A DNA stretch of 64,000 nt from Candidatus Dormiibacterota bacterium (GTDB lineage: Bacteria > Chloroflexota > Dormibacteria > Aeolococcales > Bog-877), in NCBI GenBank assembly GCA_963804565.1, contig CAWDQV010000001.1, forward strand, positions 2,046,026-2,110,025. Reading direction: 5' to 3'. How positions within the stretch are numbered: position 1 is the first letter of the stretch; every line of letters starts with the position of its first letter. A program made the position numbers and the translations under genes. Positions 40,752-50,712 of this stretch are shown here, piece by piece. A model generated the notes under the pieces. It ran no database searches, was not told the origin of the DNA, and saw nothing but the letters and a program-made list of their open reading frames with translations.

Positions 40752-41983
40752 CTCTCGGCCGGAGCCGCCGTTTCTGGGACCGGGAGAGTTCCCGTCGTGC
40801 CCACCGCCAGGGAAGACCGTGCGCGCCAAGCGGCTATCCCGCCTGCCAGTAGTACGAAGGGGACCAGCGGCACCGGCAGGGTGAACCGGGAGCTATCGTC
40901 GAGTGCCAAGGCCAAGTTCATCAGGATCATCCAGAAGGCCAGCCAGTGGAGGTCGCGGCCAGCATTGCGGAGCGCGCTGGCGGTCCACACCACGGGCCCC
41001 GCCAGAAGTAGCAGGTCGTGATCGAGGCTGTGGGGGGCGATCAACATCGAGAGGCACACGGTGCTGGTCAGAGCCAGCTTCCAGTCCTGTTTGCTGGCTG
41101 GCGGGTTTCGCAGCCAGGCCCAGCTGAGCGCCCCGAGCGTCACCGCCGCGATGCCCCATGCCAGTCCCTTGGTCAGGTCACCGTGGCCGGTAAGGCGCCA
41201 GAGTATCGCCAGTACGGTCTCGTCGTGGGTCGGCGGGAACCGGTGGAACAGGGTGTACGACTCGATCCCTGGAAGCCGAAGCAGCCCCTGAAGCCCGACC
41301 ACAGCCACAGCGATCAGTGCCAGGGCCACAAGGCATACGGCGGCCGCCCTGACCGTGCGGTTCCGCCAGGCTGCCAGCGCGGGCACCACGATCAGCAGGA
41401 GCAGGTCGGGCTTGAAGGTGAAGAGAACACTGGCCCCGGCCACCCGCACCCAACGCCCCCACCATGAGCTGCTCCACCAGGCTGCGGTGAAGAGGGCCAG
41501 ACAGAGCGGCCAGAGCAGGTCGTACTGGCCCTCGCTGAGAGCCGTAAAGGTGGGGTAGGACGCAACAACCGCCAAAGCCACCGGGATGCTCGCCGGTCCC
41601 AGCCCCTCCTGGCGGGCCAGCCAGACCGCACCCACCAGGCACAGGCATAGACAAAGGGCGTCCCACAGGTAGAAGGCGGGCCACACGGAGAGCGCGGTAA
41701 ACGGAATCACCACCCAGGCTGCCGGGGGCAGGGCGACAAAGGGCTCGACGAAGGTGTGATTCGGCCCCCGGTCGAGGAAGGACTCTGCGTTCAATTGAAA
41801 CTTCAGCGAATAGAGGTGATGCGATGCCGCCAGCCCACCGTCGGCCAGTGCCCTGGCGATGGCGTAGAAGGCGTCGAACTCGGGGAGTGGTTGCTGGTCG
41901 ACACGGGCCACCACCAGAACGATGTAGGCGATGAGGACGGAGCTGCAGATCAGCGCTATCGCACGACGGGTGGCGAACCGCAT
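40748..41983 (-). CDS. GT87/DUF2029-like polytopic membrane glycosyltransferase
   Basis: 411 aa with ~10 TM segments. The first loop reads EFDAFYAIARALADGG...LYS, as in DUF2029 proteins. Family assignment is tentative. Confidence 0.5.
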   Translation of the reverse strand: MRFATRRAIALICSSVLIAYIVLVVARVDQQPLPEFDAFYAIARALADGGLAASHHLYSLKFQLNAESFLDRGPNHTFVEPFVALPPAAWVVIPFTALSVWPAFYLWDALCLCLCLVGAVWLARQEGLGPASIPVALAVVASYPTFTALSEGQYDLLWPLCLALFTAAWWSSSWWGRWVRVAGASVLFTFKPDLLLLIVVPALAAWRNRTVRAAAVCLVALALIAVAVVGLQGLLRLPGIESYTLFHRFPPTHDETVLAILWRLTGHGDLTKGLAWGIAAVTLGALSWAWLRNPPASKQDWKLALTSTVCLSMLIAPHSLDHDLLLLAGPVVWTASALRNAGRDLHWLAFWMILMNLALALDDSSRFTLPVPLVPFVLLAGGIAAWRARSSLAVGTTGTLPVPETAAPAES

Positions 41984-42030
41984 GGGGACGATTTGTACCG
42001 CTTCGGAACCCTAAAGCAGCGTCCGTTCGA

Positions 42031-43290
42031 CTACTTGCTACTGCCTGTGGCGAGACTTTCACCCGCCAGCCCGGAACGGGTCCAGCGCCAGTCGTGTTCC
42101 CAATCGACCTGTCCCGGAAACTGCATCGCCCACCACCGCGAGGGGTCATCTCCTTGGGCCCGCGCCACCCTGGTCCAAGCCCCTCGCACCGTCACCGGGG
42201 GGCAGGCGAGTGTCCAGGCAGGGTCCAAGCTGGCGCCGCGGAGCACCTTGGGCTTCCAGCTGGCCATGCCCAGCTTGAGCTGGCGCAGCCGCTCGTCGAT
42301 CGCCAGTTGGATCGGGAGATAGAACGCCAGGCTGAAGTAGGCGTCGCTTCCGGCCGTGGCGGCGTAGTCGAAGCCCACCAGCCGCCCGTAGAGCGTACCG
42401 GCCCAGCTGTACAGCAGGGAGAACCCCACCAGACGGTCGCCCCGCCGGCAGACGATGACACGGCTTGCTGAGTTGAGGTGTCGCGCCTGGGCTTCCAGCT
42501 GATCAGCTACCGCTTGGGCGGAGAGGGCATGTCCGTATTTCTCCTGCACGCGGGACGCGAGAGGTGCGATCTCCTCGACGCAGGACTGCAGATCGGTGAA
42601 CTCGACCCGCAGCCCGCTCCGATGGAATCGCTCCTGCTCCCGGACCGCCGAGTGGCGCCGCGACGTGCTCAGATGGGTGAGATAACCGTCGAATGAGTCC
42701 CAGATCACTTCGATGGTGCAGCTCGGTCCGGGCAGGAACAGGTATTGCGGTCGACTGAGACAGTGCGCCACCTGGCGGGCGGCGGCCGAGGTCAGCCACA
42801 TCACGCCCATGCTGGAGGCTTTCGCGCTCTCGGCGAGTCGGGCCGCTTCTTGTAGGAGACGCCCCACCACCTGCGTCTTCCAGTGGTCGTAACCGGGATC
42901 AACCGCAAATTCGGTGGCGTAGCCGGCCCGCGTTCCCGCCAGGAAGGTCGGCAACCAGGGTTCCGGCCGCGCCCTTCGGCCCAAGAACCAGCGCGCACCG
43001 GCCGCAAAGGGCTCGTAGTGGTCGAGGCCCGGGTCGGGCGACCCGTCCCAGTGGTAGGTCGGCATTCCCGCGACCAGGACGCCGTCGGCGTCCCTCAGCA
43101 GAACGTACGAGCAGGGAGTTGCCTCCGACTCCTCGATCGACAGCAGAAAGGGAAACGAGAGAAATAGCCCGCAGCTTCGGCTGACCTGTTCCCACTGCGC
43201 GCGGTCGACCAGGCGGAGGCTGTTGATCAGCTCTGCCCGGAGCCCCTGGGCTCGGGGCGAGGGTGGATGGAAGAGTTGTTGGAAGCCCAC
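42031..43290 (-). CDS. FemAB-like/DUF482 GNAT-fold acyltransferase
   Basis: Blocks FLSFPFLLSIEES, SFDGYLTHLSTSRRHSAVREQER, VGFSLLYSW..LYGRLVGF and YFSLAFYLPIQLAI. Start set at GTG 43288-43290, just after the MaoC stop. The track ORF extends to 43413. Confidence 0.55.
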   Translation of the reverse strand: MGFQQLFHPPSPRAQGLRAELINSLRLVDRAQWEQVSRSCGLFLSFPFLLSIEESEATPCSYVLLRDADGVLVAGMPTYHWDGSPDPGLDHYEPFAAGARWFLGRRARPEPWLPTFLAGTRAGYATEFAVDPGYDHWKTQVVGRLLQEAARLAESAKASSMGVMWLTSAAARQVAHCLSRPQYLFLPGPSCTIEVIWDSFDGYLTHLSTSRRHSAVREQERFHRSGLRVEFTDLQSCVEEIAPLASRVQEKYGHALSAQAVADQLEAQARHLNSASRVIVCRRGDRLVGFSLLYSWAGTLYGRLVGFDYAATAGSDAYFSLAFYLPIQLAIDERLRQLKLGMASWKPKVLRGASLDPAWTLACPPVTVRGAWTRVARAQGDDPSRWWAMQFPGQVDWEHDWRWTRSGLAGESLATGSSK

Positions 43291-43301
43291 CTGAGCTGTC
43301 G

Positions 43302-43814
43302 TCAACCCGGGAGAGAGCTCGAGCGGCGTCCGAACATGCCCCAGGCCGTCATGCGCAACTTGACCACGTCTTCGTGGTCGGTCAGCTCTCCTCGAATCTG
43401 AACCAGCCCGCAACCAGGCCTGCTCCGCGATGGCCGGGAGTCGATGATCTCGAGCGACCCCCGGAGCAGGTCCTCCGGACGGACTGGCGAGAGCCAGTCA
43501 AGCTTTTCCACACCCGGCGAGCCCAGGCTCGCCGCCCGTGACAGAATCCCGTTCCAGTAGAGCCGCATCCAGATCGAGGCCGAGTGCCAGCCGCTGGCTA
43601 TCAGACCTTGGAAGGCCGACCGCTGCGCCAGTTCCGGATCTACGTGGAACGGTTGGGGGTCGAAGCGGCTAGCGAAGCCGATAATCTCCTCGGCCGTGAT
43701 CCGGTGAGACCCCAGCTGGTGGAGCTGGCCCACCAGAAGGTCCTCCCAGTAGAGCTCAATTTCAGGGCCCCAGAGCGCGGGTTCGCTCGGTGGAGTATCG
43801 GACGGCACGGGCAT
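43302..43814 (-). CDS. MaoC-like (R)-specific enoyl-CoA hydratase/dehydratase
   Basis: Hot-dog fold motif FASRFDPQPFHVDPELA...FQGLIASGWH. Confidence 0.75.
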   Translation of the reverse strand: MPVPSDTPPSEPALWGPEIELYWEDLLVGQLHQLGSHRITAEEIIGFASRFDPQPFHVDPELAQRSAFQGLIASGWHSASIWMRLYWNGILSRAASLGSPGVEKLDWLSPVRPEDLLRGSLEIIDSRPSRSRPGCGLVQIRGELTDHEDVVKLRMTAWGMFGRRSSSLPG

Positions 43815-43865
43815 CTCCTGGTGCTGCTCGGGAGGTCCTGCCGCTTCATGCTACGCTGCCAACAC

Positions 43866-43881
43866 CTCGCTTCGAAGCGAG
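43866..43881. promoter_or_regulatory. Perfect 16-nt palindrome CTCGCTTCGAAGCGAG in the ileS 5' region
   Basis: Read directly, 37 nt upstream of the ileS ATG. It could act as a hairpin or an operator. Confidence 0.25.
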
Positions 43882-43917
43882 AGGCAGAGCTCTCACAGGA
43901 GATCGTAGCGCGCCCTG

Positions 43918-46824
43918 ATGACGGCATTTGAGCCGGTCGCCAACCCGGTCAGCTTCCCTGAACTGGAAGAGCGCGTCCTCGAGTTCTGGCAGAGGGAGCA
44001 AATCTTCGAGCGCGTCTTGGAGCAGCACCCGGAGGCAGAGCGCTTCGTCTTTTTCGAGGGGCCGCCGACGGCCAACGGGATGCCCGGGATCCACCACGTG
44101 TTGGCCAGATCATTCAAGGACTGCTTTCTCCGGTACCAGCAGATGCGCGGCCGGCGCGTTGAGCGCCGAGGAGGGTGGGACACGCACGGGCTCCCGGTCG
44201 AACTGGAGATCGAGCGCAGCCTCCAGATCGGGTCCAAGCAAGAGATCGAGCGAATGGGAGTGGAGGAGTTCAACCGTCTCTGCCGCGCCAGCGTCATGGA
44301 GTACATCGACGAGTGGGAGCGCCTGACCAACCGGATCGGATTCTGGCTGGACCTGAAGCACGCCTATCGCACCTACGACACCGAGTACATCGAGTCGGTC
44401 TGGTGGAGCCTGAAGCAGATCCACGACCGGGGCTGGCTATTTCGCGGATACCGGGTGGCTCCGTACTGCCCTCGCTGCCAAACCTCCCTGAGCAGTCACG
44501 AGCTGGCCCAGCCCGGCGCCTACAAGGACGACACCCCCGATCCCGGGGTGACGGTGCGCTTCAGGTTGCGGGAGGCACCGGCGACCAGCTTGCTGGCCTG
44601 GACCACAACGCCCTGGACCCTGCCAGGAAACCTGGGCCTGGCGGTGGGGCCGGACATCACCTACGTCGAGGTGAGCCAGGGGAGTGAGTCGTTGATCCTG
44701 GCCAAGGACCGCCTGGAGACCCTGGACGGGCCTTTCCAAGTCGAGCGCGAGATCAGGGGTAGGGAACTGGTGGGACTGCGCTACCAGCCGCTGTTTCCCT
44801 ACCTGCCTGAGCAACCTCGAGCTTTCACTGTGATGCAGGCCGACTTCGTCGCCACCGACGAGGGGACAGGGATCGTGCACACCGCGGGCGCCTACGGCGA
44901 AGACGACCTACGCCTCTGCCAGGAGGCCGGGATCGAGGTACGCCACACAGTTGGGTTGGATGGACGCTTCCTGCCCCTGGTCGCCGATTTCCAGGGTCTA
45001 TTCGTCAAGGACGCCGATCCGCTGATCAGCGAGGACCTCCGGAGGCGCGGGCTGCTTTACAAAGAGGAGCAGATCCTCCACACCTACCCCTTCTGCTGGC
45101 GCTGCGACACCCCGCTCCTCTACTACGCGCTCGACTCCTGGTTCATCCGGACGACGGCGGTCAAGGAACGACTGCTGAGCCACAACCGCTCGGTGCAGTG
45201 GGTCCCGGCCCATCTCAGGGACGGGCGAATGGGGAACTGGCTGGAGTCAGTCCAGGACTGGAACCTGTCCCGAGCTCGCTACTGGGGAACTCCGCTTCCG
45301 ATCTGGATTTGCGCCAACTGCTCCGAGGAGCGGTGTGTCGGCAGCCTTGCCGAGCTCGGGCTAGAACCGGGCACCGACGTGCACAAGCCCTTCATCGACG
45401 AGGTCACTCTGAGCTGCGGGTGCGGGGGGGTCATGCGCCGGGTGCCCGAGGTCATCGACGCCTGGTACGACAGTGGAGCCATGCCATTCGCGCAGTGGCA
45501 TTATCCCTTCGAAAACGAGGAGATATTCGCCAAAAGCCACCCCGCCGACTTCATCAGTGAGGGGCTTGACCAGACTCGGGGCTGGTTCTTCACCCTGCTC
45601 ACCGAGTCGGTGATGCTGTTCGATGAGCCGGCCTACCTTCACGTCGTCGTGCCCAGTCTGGTGGTGGATGATCGCGGGCGCAAGATGTCCAAGACTCGGG
45701 GGAACGTCGTCGATCCGTTCGAGCTGATCTCAAAAACTGGAGCCGATGCGGTCCGCTGGTGGTTCTACACCACGGTCTCGGTGGGGCAGGAATACCGGGT
45801 TTCGATACAGCGCGTGGCCGACACCGCGTCGCGGTTCCTCAACGTGCTCTGGAACACCCAGAGCTTCCTCATCACATACGCCAACCTGGCGAACTGGGAC
45901 CCCGCAGTGGATGCCCCAGCTCCAACCGCCAGACACCCACTGGATCGGTGGATCCTGGCCCGCCTGCAGGAGACGGTCGCGGAGTCGGTCTCGGCGTTGG
46001 ATCGCTACGACGCCAATACCGCATGCCGGGCGATCGCGAGCCTCGTCGACGACACCAGCACTTGGTATCTGCGCCGCTCCCGCCCCCGATTTCGGGGTAC
46101 CCCCGATGAGATCAACTCCTGCTGCGCGACCTTGCATCAGGTGCTGCGCCAGACGGCGCGCCTGATGGCCCCCTTCACTCCGTTTATCGCGGACGCCATC
46201 TTCCGTGGGCTGACGCTCGGCGCCGGCTCCACGCCTCTTTCGGTTCACCTCGAAAACTACCCTGAGCCGGAAGAGGCTGAACTCGACCCGCAGCTGCTAC
46301 GCGAGATGGCGTTGGTGCGTCGGCTGGCGGAAGACGCCCGCTCGCTTCGAGAGCAGAAGGGAGTCCCCATCCGGCAGCCGCTTGCGCGCGCCGACGTCCA
46401 GGGAGCCCAGTTAACCGAGGAGTTGGCTCAGGTGCTGGCCGATGAGCTGAACGTCGCCGAGGTTCGCTCGAGCCAAGGCACGGAAGGTGGCCCAGCCCGA
46501 GTGTCACTCGACTTCGAGCTCACTCCGGAGTTGCGCCAGGAGGGGCTGGTTCGCTCCTTCACCAGACAGCTTCAGGACCACCGTCGCCAGAGCCGGCTGA
46601 AGGCGGGAGAGCCGGTCGATGTGCTCTACGCCGCCGATGATGAGATGGCGGCCGCCATCGAAGGCGGCAGGGATCAGATCAGATCCCAGTGCTTCGCCAA
46701 TTCACTGCAGCGGGTCAGCACCGGCTCGGCGCTGCCGCCAGGCTATTCAGACTGGTCTGAACTCAAGGTTCCGTCACATACGATCTGGGTAGCGCTGCGT
46801 CCGCTGGATTCCGTTGCACAATGA
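43918..46824 (+). CDS. ileS: Isoleucine--tRNA ligase
   Basis: 968-aa uninterrupted ORF. HIGH-type motif PGIHHVLAR, KMSKTRGN, and a zinc-binding CxxC...CGCGG region. Confidence 0.95.
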   Translation: MTAFEPVANPVSFPELEERVLEFWQREQIFERVLEQHPEAERFVFFEGPPTANGMPGIHHVLARSFKDCFLRYQQMRGRRVERRGGWDTHGLPVELEIERSLQIGSKQEIERMGVEEFNRLCRASVMEYIDEWERLTNRIGFWLDLKHAYRTYDTEYIESVWWSLKQIHDRGWLFRGYRVAPYCPRCQTSLSSHELAQPGAYKDDTPDPGVTVRFRLREAPATSLLAWTTTPWTLPGNLGLAVGPDITYVEVSQGSESLILAKDRLETLDGPFQVEREIRGRELVGLRYQPLFPYLPEQPRAFTVMQADFVATDEGTGIVHTAGAYGEDDLRLCQEAGIEVRHTVGLDGRFLPLVADFQGLFVKDADPLISEDLRRRGLLYKEEQILHTYPFCWRCDTPLLYYALDSWFIRTTAVKERLLSHNRSVQWVPAHLRDGRMGNWLESVQDWNLSRARYWGTPLPIWICANCSEERCVGSLAELGLEPGTDVHKPFIDEVTLSCGCGGVMRRVPEVIDAWYDSGAMPFAQWHYPFENEEIFAKSHPADFISEGLDQTRGWFFTLLTESVMLFDEPAYLHVVVPSLVVDDRGRKMSKTRGNVVDPFELISKTGADAVRWWFYTTVSVGQEYRVSIQRVADTASRFLNVLWNTQSFLITYANLANWDPAVDAPAPTARHPLDRWILARLQETVAESVSALDRYDANTACRAIASLVDDTSTWYLRRSRPRFRGTPDEINSCCATLHQVLRQTARLMAPFTPFIADAIFRGLTLGAGSTPLSVHLENYPEPEEAELDPQLLREMALVRRLAEDARSLREQKGVPIRQPLARADVQGAQLTEELAQVLADELNVAEVRSSQGTEGGPARVSLDFELTPELRQEGLVRSFTRQLQDHRRQSRLKAGEPVDVLYAADDEMAAAIEGGRDQIRSQCFANSLQRVSTGSALPPGYSDWSELKVPSHTIWVALRPLDSVAQ

Positions 46825-46826
46825 CC

Positions 46827-46851
46827 GCGACGGGGGCTTCCCATCCGTCGC
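46827..46851 (+). terminator. Hairpin after ileS (7-bp stem GCGACGG/CCGTCGC, 11-nt loop)
   Basis: Read directly, 3 nt after the stop. There is no U-tract, so this is tentative. Confidence 0.25.
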
Positions 46852-46948
46852 AGGACAGCCCATAATTCACCCGCCCCCAGACCAGTGGTGGCTGCCCTCC
46901 GGCACATCGGGCTAGCAGTTCTGGGTAAGTCAGCAAGGAAATGCAAGC

Positions 46949-47323
46949 ATGACCGAGATCGCCACGACGACCCGGGAGCGGGACCTCGCCGAAATTCGCC
47001 GGCAGGTCGAGTCGGAGAAGGCGCGTCTGGACCAGGAACTAGCACATCTGGCAGGTGGGTCGCCCAACGGGACGGGTCGGGAGGCCCCCTTCCACGAGCA
47101 CCCCACCGAGCATGCAGGGGAGATGGAAGAGCACGAGCGACTGCAGGCGATCAGGGAGAACCTGCAGCAGATGTACGAGCAGTGCCAGGACGCCCTGGGT
47201 CGATTGGAACGCGGCGAGTACGGCCTTTGCCGGAGTTGCGGCAAAGAGATAGCCATCGAGCGGCTGCGGGCGCTGCCCTACGCGACCCGGTGCGTGCCCT
47301 GCAAGGAGGCAAAGCGCGACTGA
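46949..47323 (+). CDS. DksA/TraR-family C4 zinc-finger protein
   Basis: Coiled-coil N-terminus plus CRSCGKEIAIERLRALPYATRCVPC. Confidence 0.8.
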   Translation: MTEIATTTRERDLAEIRRQVESEKARLDQELAHLAGGSPNGTGREAPFHEHPTEHAGEMEEHERLQAIRENLQQMYEQCQDALGRLERGEYGLCRSCGKEIAIERLRALPYATRCVPCKEAKRD

Positions 47324-47357
47324 GGTGCAGCGGGGATAGACCGGGACTCTGGGCCCC

Positions 47358-47822
47358 GTGACCAGGTCCCAGCCTTGGCCGCTCTGGACGGGCGTGGCGG
47401 CGCTCATCATTTTCGTTCTGGATCGGGCCACCAAGTTCTGGGTGACCCACTCGATGGCCCTGGGCGAGCAGCTCTTCCCCAGCTGGCCGGTGCACATCCT
47501 CTACACCATCAACAGCGGTGCTGCCTTCAGCATCCTTCCAGACGCCGACTGGCTCTTTCTGGCGGTGGCGGTGGCGGTGGTCGGCGCCATCGCCTGGAAG
47601 TGGCGTCTGCTGGCCGAGCAGCCCGGGTGGGTGCAGGTTGCGGTGGGATTGCTGCTCGGCGGCGCACTGGCAAACGCGGTGGACCGGGTGACCCAGGGCT
47701 ACGTCGTCGACTTCATCCAGCTTCCGCACTGGCCGGTCTTCAACGTCGCCGACTCAGGGATCACGGTCGGGGTGGTTGTCCTGATGATCCGGATCACCCT
47801 GGCTGGCCGCGAACATGGGTGA
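47358..47822 (+). CDS. lspA: Lipoprotein signal peptidase II
   Basis: FVLDRATK, NSGAAFS, ANAVDRV and FNVADSGITVG motifs. Confidence 0.85.
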   Translation: MTRSQPWPLWTGVAALIIFVLDRATKFWVTHSMALGEQLFPSWPVHILYTINSGAAFSILPDADWLFLAVAVAVVGAIAWKWRLLAEQPGWVQVAVGLLLGGALANAVDRVTQGYVVDFIQLPHWPVFNVADSGITVGVVVLMIRITLAGREHG

Positions 47823-48820
47823 CCTGTCCCCCCCGCCAGCTGAGGCAGAGGTGGTCGAGGCGGCTGGATCCGAAGTGGGACTGCGGCTGGACGTCTTTCT
47901 ATCCGCCCGTCTGGCGCGAGCTCGGGCCGGTGTTCAGGCGTTGATTCGAGATGGCCTGGTTCTCGTGAACGGGAAGGCGGTCGGGAGGCCGTCCCAGGCG
48001 GTCCGGCTGGGCGACCTGGTGTCGGTCCTCGAGGAGCCCCCCGAGGTCGGCTCCACGGCGGCCCATCAGGCGGTCCGCCGGGTTTACGAGGACGACCTGG
48101 TCGTGGTGGTGGACAAGCCCGCGGGAATGGTGGTTCACCCGGGTCCCGGGCACCGCGAGGGCACGCTGGCGCAGTTGGTCCAGGGCTGGGGTGGACCCTG
48201 GTCGAACTCTGGTGGTGACGACCGAGCCGGGATCGTGCATCGGTTGGATCGAGGCACCAGCGGGCTGCTGGTCCTCGCCCGCACCGAGGGCGCGCACAGT
48301 TCGCTTGCTCGCCAGCTTCGAGATCGCACCATGGGACGGGAGTATTGGGCGCTGGCCGAAGGGGACTTCCGAGAGGACCGGGGGCGGATCGAGGCTGCCC
48401 TGGGGCGCGACCCCAAGCGACCAAGGCGGATGGCGGTTGGGACGGGCGGTCGCGAGGCGGCGACCGAGTTCGCGGTCCTGGAGCGCTGGCCGGCTCGCAC
48501 CGCTCTCGGCTCCGACTCCTCACCGGGCGCACCCACCAGATCAGGGTTCACCTCGCGTACATCGGAAAGCCGCTGGTAGGGGACGGGCTCTACGGGGCCG
48601 CCTCGGCTCGGGGTTCGGCCCGTCCCGCGCTCCACGCCGCCATGCTCCACTCTGCCACCCCTTGGATGGGCGGGAGATGGCCTTTGTCAGCCCCCTCCCC
48701 GCCGACTTGGAGGAGCTCCGCGCTGAATCTGGCGCTGTGCCGGGCAGTCGGGCCGTCTGGCCATGGGAAGCACTACCCTCGGCCACGGAGAGGGGTTCCC
48801 GAACAAGTCCCGGTCGCTGA
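47815..48820 (+). pseudogene. rluD: 23S rRNA pseudouridine synthase RluD, at least two frameshifts
   Basis: S4 domain and VVDKPAGMVVHPG, HRLDRGTSGLL in ORF 47815... LTGRTHQIRVHLAYIG in ORF 48345... HPLDGREMAFVSPLP in ORF 48191... The 3' end is uncertain. Confidence 0.75.
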
Positions 48821-49374
48821 TCGTACTTTCGGGACCGAGCGCAGTTGGCAAGGACACAGTGATCAAGGAGCTGCTGCCTCTTCGGCCCGAACTACGTCGC
48901 CCCCCGGCGTTCACCACGCGGGCTGCCAGGCCCGGGGGAGGTGGACGGGCGCGACTACACGTTCGTGGATCTCGAAACGTTCGAGGCGATGGAATCAGCC
49001 GATCAGTTCCTGGAGACGGCCTCGGTCCACGGCAACCGCTACGGCACTGACCAAGCAGGGTGCAGAACTGCTCGGGCCAGGATGGGACGTGCTGCTCAAG
49101 CCCGACGTTCAGGGTGCCGCCTGCTTCGAGATTCCGGCATGGACGCGATCTTCGTGTTCCTCGCTCCGCCCTCCACGAGAGGCGCTTGCTCGAGAGGCTG
49201 CTCTTGCGAGGGACCGAGAGCTCCGAGGAGCTGGAACTCCGAATCAGGGATGCCGACCGTGAGCTGGCCGAGGCCAGCTGGTACCACCACGTGGTGGTCA
49301 ACGACGAGGTCGCCAGGGCGGCCCGCGAGGTCGGCCGATCATCTTCGCCGGGACACCTTCGGACGAGCGGCTGA
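48763..49374 (+). pseudogene. gmk: Guanylate kinase, several frameshifts
   Basis: LIVLSGPSAVGKDT, TTRAARPGE/VDGRDYTFV, VHGNRYGT, DVLLKPDVQGA and IFVFLAPPS blocks occur in three frames. Confidence 0.75.
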
Positions 49375-49406
49375 GCGGTCGCTGGCGCCTGCCACAATGG
49401 CGCGCG

Positions 49407-50712
49407 ATGGCCGAACAGAGCCGGACAACAACTCGCGGTCGGCAAGTAGCGGTCCACGTCTGCGGCGGGGTGGCGGTGGTCAAGGTCCCCGAACTGATCA
49501 CCTCGTTGCGCCGCTCAGGGCGCCGAGGTGAGAGTGGTGATGACCCCCTCCGCCACCGCTTTCATCTCGCCGACCACCTTGCAGCGCGCTGTCGGGCAAT
49601 CCGGTGGCCTGGCGCCTGTTCCCGGCCAAGGGCCGGCCGGGATGCCGATGCCGGACGAGGGCACGGGCATGGAATGGCCCATATCGACCTCTCCAGCTGG
49701 GCGGACTGCCACCTGGTCGTGCCAGCGACAGCCTCCACATGGCCCGGTTGGCGACCGGGCTGGCCGACGATGTGGTCAGCTCCACTCTGCTGGCGACGAC
49801 GGCGCCGATCATCCTGGCCCCGGCAATGGAGACCGGGATGTGGCGCAATCCCGCCACCCAGGCGAACCTGGCCGACGTCTGGTGTCCCGGGGCGCCCGCG
49901 TGGTGGGGCCGGTTAGCGGCCGGCTCGCCTCTGGCAGGCCAGGGCGAGGGCCGGATGGCGGAGCCCCGAGAGATCCTGGCCGAGGCCATGCGGTTGCTTC
50001 AGCCTGACGGCCCGCTTGCGCGGCTGGGAGGTCCTGGTGACTGCCGGGGGCACCCGCGAGCCGATCGACCCGGTCCGCTATCTAGGCAATCGAAGCAGCG
50101 GCAGGATGGGGGAGCGGCTGGCGGCGGAGGCGGCGGCCCGGGGCGCGGCGGTGCATCTGGTCACCGCCGTGGAGGCGGAGACTGAGCTGCCCGGGGGTGA
50201 GATCGGTGCGGGTCGAGACGGCGGAGGAGATGCTCGCGGCCTGCCTCGCCTGCTACCGTCGACGCGGCTGGTGCTGATGGCAGCCGCGGTCGCCGACTTC
50301 CGAGTGGAGCACCCGGCCCCCAGCAAGCTGCACCGCAGCGGACCAGCCGAGCTGAGCTGCCGCTGGTTCCCAACGTCGACATCCTGGCCAGACTGATCGC
50401 CGAGCGCCCCCGGGGGTGCTCTGGTGGTGGGTTCGCCGCCGAGACCGAGGATGGTGGCCGGCAGGGGCGGGCCAAGTTCGAGCAGAAGGGCTGCGACATG
50501 GTCGTGGCCAATCCGGTCGGGGGAGAGCATTCGCCGATGGGCGGTGACATGGCGGAGGCGACACTGCTCATCCGGGGCGGCCGAACCGTGGAACTGGGTG
50601 GCAGTCCAAGTCGGCGATCGCCTCCGCCATCCTGGACGAGGCGCAGCGGCTGGAGGAGGTGGCTCCCGAGACCGCCGGCCCCCCGGGTGAGCCTCTTCCG
50701 GGCCCCGAGTAG
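49407..50712 (+). pseudogene. coaBC: Bifunctional phosphopantothenoylcysteine decarboxylase/synthetase CoaBC, several frameshifts
   Basis: VAVHVCGGVAVVKVPEL, VVMTPSATAFISP, ARLATGLADDVVS, VLVTAGGTREPIDPVRYLGNRSSG, AAAVADF and DMVVAN blocks occur in alternating frames. Stop is TAG 50710-50712. Confidence 0.75.

Noticed and set aside
43815-43917. T-box leader upstream of ileS
   Set aside because: There are only ~100 nt of leader, and I cannot find the T-box consensus (..GGTGGTACCGCG..) or a specifier-loop layout. Only a 16-nt palindrome is present.
47699-48532. Long antisense ORFs, e.g. 47699..48532(-), 33003..33866(-), 15803..16642(-), 41178..42149(-), 59411..60190(-), 3160..3699(-), 35991..36824(-)
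   Set aside because: They are typical GC-rich shadow ORFs: Arg/Pro/Gly/Ala/Ser-rich, with no recognisable motif, and each antisense to a gene with clear family signatures.
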